This document shows positions 6,994 to 13,981 of a DNA stretch of 13,981 nt, piece by piece. Position 1 is the first letter of the stretch; the number at the start of each line of letters is the position of its first letter. The DNA is taken from positions 1-13,981 of the forward strand of contig JBDZWC010000081.1 of NCBI GenBank assembly GCA_040256005.1, in the 5' to 3' direction. Under the pieces are notes generated by a model. It had not been told where the DNA came from and searched no databases. It saw only the letters and a program-made list of their open reading frames with translations. Both the position numbers and the translations under genes were made by a program. The stretch comes from Deinococcaceae bacterium. Lineage in GTDB: Bacteria; Deinococcota; Deinococci; Deinococcales; Trueperaceae.

Positions 6994-8181
6994 TTGCGTT
7001 TCATCCACACGGCGGACTGGCACTTGGGGAAGCGGCTCCACGACTTCTCGCTTCATGAGGTTCAGAAGGAGCTGATCGAGTCGTTCGTGCGGCTCGTGAA
7101 CGAGGTGGAGCCGGACGCCGTGATCGTCGCTGGAGACGTCTTCGACACGCACGTGCCGCAGCTCACCGCCCTCGAGCTGTGGGAGAACGCGGTCGAAGCC
7201 ATCGTCGCCGAGGCGGGCGTCCCCATGCTGGTGATCCCCGGCAACCATGACCACCCGGACCGTATGTCCGCCCACCATGGCATCGCCAAACGCGCCGGCC
7301 TTCACTTCGTGCGGTCGCTGGCCGACTGTCCGACGCCCGTCACCATCGACGGGGTCGATATCTACGGCGTGCCGTTCCACAAGCCCGTTCACGTGAACGC
7401 CGCGTACCGTGATGAGCCACCTGGAGTGGGCGACTTCGACTACGGCTCGGCCATGGCGTGCGTGCTGGCCCGGCTGATGCGTGCGGAAGGACGGCCGGCG
7501 ATCCTGGTCGCGCACGCGTTCGTCGAGGGCTCCGGCGACGAACCGGATGGCGAGGACGCCATCATGGTCGGTGGTGCCGGCGGCGTGCCCGTATCTTCCT
7601 TCGTCGGCTTCGACTACGTGGCGCTCGGCCACATCCACGGCCCGCGCAGGCTCGGCGACGAGGGCGAGGTGCACTACTCCGGGTCGCTCTTCCCGTACTC
7701 GTTCAAAGAAGGCGTCTCCTCGGCCCTGGACGGCGCCGCGCCGCAGGGCGGCGGTGTGAAGGGCGTGAACGTGGTCGAGGTCCTCTCGAACGGGGCGGTG
7801 GACCGCGAGTTCGTGCCGCTCGGGGCCAGTCGCCGGGTCCAGGTCATCGACGGGCTCACGTTCGACGAGCTGATCAAGCGGGCGCGGACCCTTGACGACC
7901 GTGAACGCCAGCACTACACCCTCGCGCGCATCTCCGATCAAGGCCCCGTGCAGAACGCCATCGCGGAGCTGCGCGAGGTGCTGCCGAACGCGGTGCTGGA
8001 GCAGCCCAACGTCTCGGTCGCAGAGTCGGTCGCGCGCCTCCGCGGTGATCACAGGACCATCTCGCCCGAGGACGCCCTCAAGCAGCTCTACGCACAGGTG
8101 TATGGCGAGGACATGTCCGCCCTCGAACTCGAGATCCTGGAAGAGATCGCCGGCGGTAGGCAAGAGGAGGCGGCGGCGTGA
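6994..8181 (+). CDS. sbcD: SbcD (Mre11-like) metallophosphoesterase nuclease subunit
   Basis: Likely start is TTG at 6994, 6 nt after SD AAGGGGGA, giving the canonical MRFIHTADWHLG N-terminus (the track starts at 6973). All phosphoesterase motifs present: DWHLG, GDVFD, GNHD, AHAF, LGHIH, YSGS. Confidence 0.95.
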   Translation: MRFIHTADWHLGKRLHDFSLHEVQKELIESFVRLVNEVEPDAVIVAGDVFDTHVPQLTALELWENAVEAIVAEAGVPMLVIPGNHDHPDRMSAHHGIAKRAGLHFVRSLADCPTPVTIDGVDIYGVPFHKPVHVNAAYRDEPPGVGDFDYGSAMACVLARLMRAEGRPAILVAHAFVEGSGDEPDGEDAIMVGGAGGVPVSSFVGFDYVALGHIHGPRRLGDEGEVHYSGSLFPYSFKEGVSSALDGAAPQGGGVKGVNVVEVLSNGAVDREFVPLGASRRVQVIDGLTFDELIKRARTLDDRERQHYTLARISDQGPVQNAIAELREVLPNAVLEQPNVSVAESVARLRGDHRTISPEDALKQLYAQVYGEDMSALELEILEEIAGGRQEEAAA

Positions 8182-11162
8182 GGCCCATCCGCCTCACCAT
8201 GCGCGCCTACGGCCCCTACGCGGGCGAGCAGGTCGTCGACTTCGAGCGGCTGGGCGCGCACGGCCTGTTCCTGATTCACGGACGCACCGGGTCGGGCAAG
8301 AGCACTGTGCTGGACGCCATGTGCTTCGCCCTGTACGGGGAGACGAGCGGGAACGAGCGCGAGGGCAAGGACGCCGTCTCGACCCTTGACCCGTTCGGCG
8401 GGACGGTGGTCGAACTGGAGTTCGAGCACGTGGGCAGGCTCTACCGCGTGAGGCGTGGGCCCGACCAGGAACGACCCAAGAAGCGTGGAGCGGGGACGAC
8501 GACTCAGAAGCACTGGGCGGAGCTGCTCGACGTCACCGACGGTCAGAAGGTCTTGTCCGATAAGGTCTCGGGCGTCACCTCTGCCGTGAGCGAGCTGCTG
8601 CGCTGCGACGCCGGTCAGTTCAGACAGACGATCGTCCTGCCGCAAGGGGAGTTCCGGAAGGTCGTCACCGACGACGGTTCGCGGCGCGCCATCCTCACCA
8701 AGGTGTTCGGCACCGGTAGGTTCCAGAGGTTCGTCGACGCCCTGAAGGCCAAGCACAACGCGCTCATGCGCGACGGGCAGGTGAACGAGAGCAAGCGACG
8801 GGAGATCCTGGACGGGCTGGGCGCCACCGATCGCGAGGCCGTTTCGAAGCTTCTCGAAGACGCGCAGAAGGCTACGGAAACAGCCTTGTCCGAGAAGCAG
8901 CGGCTGGACGTCCTCAAGCTGTCGGCCCGGGCCGAGATGACGGCGGGCGAGACCCTCGCCGACGAGTTCGACGCGTTGGTACAGGCTCACGAACAGTCTG
9001 CGCGGCTCGAGGCGCGGGCCCATGAGATGGAGGCGGAGGCTGCCTCGCTAGAGGCCGCCCGCCGAGCGGAAGCGCTGAGCGACGCGCGGCGCAACCTCGC
9101 AGAGAAGGTCGGGGAACGCGACGGACTCATCAGGGAACTAGCAGACGCGGAGCAGCGGGCAAGCGAAGCAGCCGCTCACTTGGCGACGGCGGAAGAGGCG
9201 GTCGAGGCGCTCGAGCCGGAGAGACCCCGCCTCGAGGCGTTGCAGAACGAAGCGTCTCGTCTGGGGCACCTCGAAGCGGCCGTGGCTGGTGCCGCCCAGA
9301 CGCGGAAGGACCTCGAGGAGGCGAAGGTCGTCCACATGGGCGCGCGGGCGGACCTTGAGCAGGCCCGCGAGGACCTCGCCCAGGTGGAATCGGAACTCAA
9401 GGGCGTCAAGGCCCGGTTGAAAGCGGCCAGCGCTGCAGCGGAATCGGCGCACGACGCACGCGAGCGGCATCGGCAGGCGAAGGACAGCCTCGCAGCGGCC
9501 GAGAAGCTGGCAGACCTGGCGGGCAGGTTCGAGGCGGCGGAAGCCGAGCTGAAGCGGCTGACGAAGGGCGACGACCCGCTTGCTGCAGCGCTCGCACAGA
9601 TCGTGATCCACGCCCCGGGACTCCTCGCCGAGGACCTAGTGGAGGGCGACGCATGCCCGGTCTGCGGCAGCACGGAGCATCCCGCTCTCGCCCACGGCCA
9701 CGGGCGCGAGAGCGTTGCCTCGGTCATGGCCCGTTTCGGGTCGGCTGCGGGCGAGGTCGCCGACCTGAGAGCGAAGAGGCGCGAGCTAGAAGAGCGGATC
9801 GACGAGGTACGGGCAACTCAGGGCTGGAGCGAGGGCGCTCCGGCAGAGGCGGATCTGGCGCAGGCGCTGGACCAGGCCGAGGCAGTCGTCAAGGCGGCCG
9901 AGGGCGCCGTCGAAGCCCTCGAGAGCCTGCAGGCAGACGTCTCTCGCCTGGAAGGCGAAGCCGAGAACCTTGCGAAGCTGGTGGAACAGCGCGCCGAGGC
10001 GGAGAGGAAGGCTGCGGAGCAGGTCGTGAAGCTCGAGAGCGCCGCGGAGACCGCGGTCAAGGACCTGCCGGCCGACCTGCGAGACTCGGACGCCTTCGCT
10101 ACGGCGCTGCAGGACGCCCAGAAGGCGGCCGAAGCCCTCGCCCAGCGGTTCACCGCCGCCGCCGAAGAGTTGGAAGCGGCGAAGCGGGCCGTGAGCGATG
10201 CCAGCAAGGACGTGACCAACCTGACCGGTCGCCTCGAGACGGCAAAAGAGGACGTCTCCGCTCGCGCCGCAGAGTTCGACGAGCGCCTGAAGGTCGCCGG
10301 TTTCTCCTCGCTGAAAGAGCTGGACGCCGCGGCGTTGCCGGCAGAGGATCTGGCCGAGCGCGAGAAGGACCTGAAGAGCTACGGGGAGGAGAGGCTAGCG
10401 GCCGCCACCACCGTGTCGGACCTGGAGAAGAAGCTCAGAGGTCGCGAGCGTCCTGATCTTGTTGCGCTGCGCGCTGCACTGGACTCGGCGACCGACGCCG
10501 CAGAGCAGGCGGCCAACGCTTGGAACGTCGCGTCCAATAGGGCCGCGAAGATCGCCGACAGCCTGGGTCGCTACGACGCGCTCATGAAGCAGGACGCAGC
10601 GCTCGAGGAGCGCAAGCGCGCGGCCAAGCGGCTCTACGACCTCGCCACTGGTCAGGTGAAGGGCGAGTCGCGGATGGACCTGCAGACGTTCGTGCTGCGC
10701 TCGATCTTCGGCGAGGTGCTCGCGCACGGCAACGCGCACCTCAGGCACATGACGGCCGGGCGGTACCAGCTCGCCCTCAAGGAGCCGGAGAGCGCCTCGG
10801 ACACCGGACTCGAGCTGAACGTCCACGACTCGTTCAGCGGCGGCGCCGTAAGACCCGTCCGCACGCTCTCCGGTGGTGAGGGCTTCCTCGCGAGCCTCGC
10901 CCTGGCCCTCGGCCTGGCCGAGGTCGCCCAGCAGCAGAGCGGTGCGGTCGACCACGGGGCGCTGTTCATAGACGAGGGCTTCGGCAGCCTCGACTCGGCC
11001 GCGCTGGACAACGCCGTGGGGATCCTGCGCGGCCTTCAGGCCAGCCACCGGATGGTCGGCATAATCAGCCACGTAGACGAGCTCAAGAAGCGGATACCCG
11101 TTCAGCTGCTCGTCCATGCCGGCGCGGAAGGCAGCCAGCTGGAGGTGCGCGTCAACGCGTGA
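8178..11162 (+). CDS. sbcC: SbcC (Rad50-like) SMC-family ATPase
   Basis: GTGA overlap with sbcD and SD GAGGAGG. Walker A GRTGSGKST, Q-loop VLPQGEF, long coiled coils, central zinc hook CPVC (9654-9665, residue 493 of 994), signature LSGGE, Walker B LFIDEGFGSLD and H-loop IISH. Confidence 0.96.
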   Translation: MRPIRLTMRAYGPYAGEQVVDFERLGAHGLFLIHGRTGSGKSTVLDAMCFALYGETSGNEREGKDAVSTLDPFGGTVVELEFEHVGRLYRVRRGPDQERPKKRGAGTTTQKHWAELLDVTDGQKVLSDKVSGVTSAVSELLRCDAGQFRQTIVLPQGEFRKVVTDDGSRRAILTKVFGTGRFQRFVDALKAKHNALMRDGQVNESKRREILDGLGATDREAVSKLLEDAQKATETALSEKQRLDVLKLSARAEMTAGETLADEFDALVQAHEQSARLEARAHEMEAEAASLEAARRAEALSDARRNLAEKVGERDGLIRELADAEQRASEAAAHLATAEEAVEALEPERPRLEALQNEASRLGHLEAAVAGAAQTRKDLEEAKVVHMGARADLEQAREDLAQVESELKGVKARLKAASAAAESAHDARERHRQAKDSLAAAEKLADLAGRFEAAEAELKRLTKGDDPLAAALAQIVIHAPGLLAEDLVEGDACPVCGSTEHPALAHGHGRESVASVMARFGSAAGEVADLRAKRRELEERIDEVRATQGWSEGAPAEADLAQALDQAEAVVKAAEGAVEALESLQADVSRLEGEAENLAKLVEQRAEAERKAAEQVVKLESAAETAVKDLPADLRDSDAFATALQDAQKAAEALAQRFTAAAEELEAAKRAVSDASKDVTNLTGRLETAKEDVSARAAEFDERLKVAGFSSLKELDAAALPAEDLAEREKDLKSYGEERLAAATTVSDLEKKLRGRERPDLVALRAALDSATDAAEQAANAWNVASNRAAKIADSLGRYDALMKQDAALEERKRAAKRLYDLATGQVKGESRMDLQTFVLRSIFGEVLAHGNAHLRHMTAGRYQLALKEPESASDTGLELNVHDSFSGGAVRPVRTLSGGEGFLASLALALGLAEVAQQQSGAVDHGALFIDEGFGSLDSAALDNAVGILRGLQASHRMVGIISHVDELKKRIPVQLLVHAGAEGSQLEVRVNA

Positions 11163-13981
11163 GCCGTTCGAGTCAGGGGGCGCTGTTCGCGGCCGACCAG
11201 GAGGCGCTGTTCGCCCCCCGGGACGTCGGCTCGAAGCGGACAGTGGTCCTCGCGGTCGACCCGCTCACGACGGCGCGGGCTCACCTTTCCGGCAGGACCG
11301 TACTGACGCCCAACGAGCGGGCCGCCAGGGCTTTGCTAGGCCGCAGGGTCGGCTCCGTGAGCCTCGCAGAGCGCGCCGTCAGGGCACTACGCTCCCGGGG
11401 GACTCACGTCGCCAGCCCCCTGGAGCGGCTCATGGTGCTGCGGCAGGTCGTCGCGGCGGACGGCTCGTGGGCGGACGTACGCGGTACCGCTCGCCGCCTC
11501 GAGCCCGTGGTCAGCGAGCTTCTACGCGCGGGCTTGGGCGTGCGTCCCCATCTGTCGGCCGCTCTGCGCGCGAGCACCGACGTGGCTCCGCGCACCACGA
11601 GGGTCGCCGAGTTGGCCGTCTCCTACTCACGGCTCCTGGCCCAGAGAGGCGAGGTGGACCCCGCCGAGGCGCTATGGCTCGGAGCGACCGCCGTGCAGGA
11701 GCAAGGGCCTCTACTCACTTACGGGTACTCGCGGTTGGGCGCAGCGGAGACCGCGTTCCTCGCCGCGCTAGCCGGTGACGGATCGGTGCTGGTCTTGCCG
11801 GCGGGCTTCTCGTCGAGCGACGAGGCGGCCGCGGCGCTTTCTGCCCTGGGCTGGGACCTGCAGCGCGACGAGCGGGCAGGTCTCGAAGTAGGTCCGCTAG
11901 TGGCGGAAGCGTTCACCCGGTCTGTCACAGCCCCGGCGGGAGCGACGGAGCGCGCCCAGACAGCGGCGACCGGCACACCGGATGGGCTCGCTGCTCTCCT
12001 CCTGGCCGACCAGGAAGAAGAGGTTCGGTGGGTGCTGGCGCGCGTCAAGGCGCTACTGGCCTCGGGTGCGCTCGCCGACGACGTCGTGCTGGTGGCACGC
12101 GACGAGAGGTCCTACGGGCCGCTCGTACGCGCCGTGGCCGCCGAGTTCGCCATCCCCGTCAGGTTGGCCTACGCGGTGCCGCTCAAGGAATCGCGGCTGG
12201 GAGAGGTCGCAACCGGTCTGGTGGCTGCCGTGGGCCGCAGGCTCCCGTTCGAGGAGACGGCCAGGCTCCTGCGACACCCGCTGGTGCGGGCGTTGACCGA
12301 CGAGGCGTGGGTCACGGCACGGGCCTGGCACCCTGAAGGGCCCGGGGAGTGGGGGAACGCCGGCGCCGCCGTCGCAGGCCTCCTCGACTGGCCCGCCAAG
12401 TCGACCTGGCAGGGTTACCGGGAGCTGTTCGAGGCGACGCTCGAGGGCTTGGGCGTCGCGGGCAGGGCCGAGGGCAGGGACAGGCGCGCGCTGGCTCGTC
12501 TGCTCAAGTCGCTGCGGCACGCCGCGCCCCCGGGCGGTGCCAAGGATGAAGCCGCGACGCTCGGCGACTTCCTAGCCCTGCTCACCGACGTGATCGAGAC
12601 CGCCGTCCTACCCGTCGACCCGCCGGGGCGGGGGGCGGTGGAGCTGCACACTCCGCTCGCCGTGTTCGGCGCGCGGTACGAGCACGTGTTCGTCCTCGGC
12701 CTGAGCGAGGGCGTCTTCCCTCAAGCCGTCAGGGAAGACCCGGTCATCGACTTCATGGAGCGGCGCGCGCTGGCTGGACTGGGCTTGAAGCTGGAAGACG
12801 CCGAGGGTGCTGCAGAGCGCGAGGAGCTGTCGTTCCTGGCGGTCCTGCATGCCGCCGGCTCGAGCCTCACGCTCACCGCACCGCGCATGGCGGGGAGCTC
12901 GGAGCGCCTCCCCAGCCCGTACCTGGCTGCCGCCGGCGTAACCGAGGACCTGCGGGTAGGGCCGCGGCCACCGGCCAGCGCGCTGGAGGAGCTGATCGTG
13001 CGGTTGCCGGGCGCAACGGGCGCAGCGGCACGCGCTTGGGGCGTCGAGCGCCGGCGCGAGAGCGCCCAGCAGCCCGACGCGCACGACGGCATCACGGGCG
13101 AACCGGTACACGTCAGCGGACCTTTCAGCGCGACGCAGCTGACTACCTTCGGGCAGTGCTCGTTCCGCTGGTTCGGACAGCACGGGCTGCGACTATCGGA
13201 GGTGACCGAGGCCGAGGAGGAGGTCACGTCCCTGACGGCCGGGTCGGTCTTCCACGACACTCTCAAGACCGCCGTCGAACGCGTCATGCGCCGTGGCGAC
13301 GCGTTCGCCACCGGCGACCCAGAGACGTTCCGGACCGCGGTGATGGAGGAGCTCGAGGCGGCGTACGAGGCGGCGCATGAGGAGCGCGAGAAGCGGGGCG
13401 AGCGGGTTCGGTCCAAGACATGGCCGCTTCAGAAGGGTGAGAACCTGGACAAGCTGAGGCGACTCGTGCGGTCCGCCGACTTCATCCTGGCTGGGTCGCG
13501 CGTCGCCGACCTCGAGAAGGGTTTCCGGGCCACCTGGCGTGGGATCCCCGTCCGGGGCGTCGTCGACCGCATCGACGTCGAGCGGACGCCCGACGGCGAG
13601 AGGCTTCTGCTCACCGATTACAAGCTGGGCAAGTCCGCTCCGAGGGGCGCCAAGGGGCCACGGGGCACGCTGAACCTCGACGTGCAGCTACCCCTCTACA
13701 TCGAGGCGGCTGCCCCCGCGCTCCACCCGGGTGCACAGGTAGGGGCCGCTCGCTACCTCTCTATCAACGGGGCGAACGTCAGCAAGGTGGTCGACCCGGC
13801 GAAGGTCGACTCGGCTGCGCTGGACGGGCTCGTGGCTCGGTTCCGTACGGCGCTGGCGGGCGGCGCGTTCCCGCTCGACCCGGATCCCAGGCAGGAGGCG
13901 TGCCAGTACTGTCCGTTCGACCCCGTCTGCCGCCGCGGTCCACGGCTGCCCCTACGGAGCGGGGTGGATCGCCGCTCGTTC
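11159..13981 (+). CDS. addB: AddB/RexB-like protein: inactivated helicase-like N-terminus plus iron-staple PD-(D/E)XK nuclease; 3' end beyond window
   Basis: Translated by hand: 941 codons without a stop from the GTG at 11159 (GTGA overlap with the sbcC stop; GGAGGT upstream). AddB-like segments DQEEEVRWVLARVK, DDVVLVARDERSY, YEHVFVLGLSEGVFP, PSPYL, FSATQLTTFGQCSFRWF, GSVFH, RGVVDRID, TDYK and DVQLPLY. Four Cys: TGC at 13157, then CQYC-PFDPV-C at 13901-13930. Confidence 0.88.
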   Translation, partial: MSRSSQGALFAADQEALFAPRDVGSKRTVVLAVDPLTTARAHLSGRTVLTPNERAARALLGRRVGSVSLAERAVRALRSRGTHVASPLERLMVLRQVVAADGSWADVRGTARRLEPVVSELLRAGLGVRPHLSAALRASTDVAPRTTRVAELAVSYSRLLAQRGEVDPAEALWLGATAVQEQGPLLTYGYSRLGAAETAFLAALAGDGSVLVLPAGFSSSDEAAAALSALGWDLQRDERAGLEVGPLVAEAFTRSVTAPAGATERAQTAATGTPDGLAALLLADQEEEVRWVLARVKALLASGALADDVVLVARDERSYGPLVRAVAAEFAIPVRLAYAVPLKESRLGEVATGLVAAVGRRLPFEETARLLRHPLVRALTDEAWVTARAWHPEGPGEWGNAGAAVAGLLDWPAKSTWQGYRELFEATLEGLGVAGRAEGRDRRALARLLKSLRHAAPPGGAKDEAATLGDFLALLTDVIETAVLPVDPPGRGAVELHTPLAVFGARYEHVFVLGLSEGVFPQAVREDPVIDFMERRALAGLGLKLEDAEGAAEREELSFLAVLHAAGSSLTLTAPRMAGSSERLPSPYLAAAGVTEDLRVGPRPPASALEELIVRLPGATGAAARAWGVERRRESAQQPDAHDGITGEPVHVSGPFSATQLTTFGQCSFRWFGQHGLRLSEVTEAEEEVTSLTAGSVFHDTLKTAVERVMRRGDAFATGDPETFRTAVMEELEAAYEAAHEEREKRGERVRSKTWPLQKGENLDKLRRLVRSADFILAGSRVADLEKGFRATWRGIPVRGVVDRIDVERTPDGERLLLTDYKLGKSAPRGAKGPRGTLNLDVQLPLYIEAAAPALHPGAQVGAARYLSINGANVSKVVDPAKVDSAALDGLVARFRTALAGGAFPLDPDPRQEACQYCPFDPVCRRGPRLPLRSGVDRRSF
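11174..11214 (+). repeat. Tandem 17-nt direct repeat (period 24) encoding QGALFA / QEALFA
   Basis: cagggggcgctgttcgc (11174-11190) versus caggaggcgctgttcgc (11198-11214), one mismatch. Confidence 0.7.

Noticed and set aside
6907..9023. 418-aa and 311-aa minus-strand ORFs opposite sbcD/sbcC
   Set aside because: Shadow ORFs antisense to well-supported genes.
8178..11162. SMC protein as part of a Wadjet- or Lamassu-type defence system
   Set aside because: The zinc hook, canonical SbcC motifs and the Mre11-type partner identify it as SbcCD; no kleisin/kite or LmuA-type genes seen.
11116..13614. Many short track ORFs suggesting a fragmented or pseudogene region
   Set aside because: A single uninterrupted frame from 11159 to the window end encodes the AddB-like protein; the short ORFs are off-frame.
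13120..13930. Cas4-like four-Cys nuclease plus WYL gene suggesting a CRISPR-Cas locus
   Set aside because: The nuclease is the C-terminal domain of a protein with about 650 residues of AddB-like N-terminus; no cas genes or repeat-spacer array are visible in the window.

Overview
High-GC bacterial chromosomal window; the style of the WYL, VOC-esterase and AddB-like proteins suggests Deinococcota, but that is an inference. The left half holds small accessory and stress genes: a YegS/DAGK-family lipid kinase (truncated by the edge), a secreted alpha/beta hydrolase, an autoregulated arsR-SRPBCC pair, a DinB-family protein, and a ring-cleavage VOC dioxygenase fused to an apparently inactive esterase domain. 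The right half holds an HTH-WYL-WCX regulator, a small membrane-anchored hypothetical protein, and a translationally coupled DNA end-processing operon: sbcD, sbcC and an AddB-like Fe-S PD-(D/E)XK nuclease that runs off the window and is missing from the ORF track. The most interesting signal is the sbcD promoter. It has a GCGAC-N7-GTCGC dyad whose right half sits exactly in PafBC-type TGTCG(G/C)-N10-TA-N3-T geometry, and its -10 is overlapped by a 17-bp RDRM (DdrO-operator)-like sequence. This suggests a WYL-activated and possibly DdrO-repressed DNA-break resection module. No CRISPR array, RNA gene or transposase was seen.
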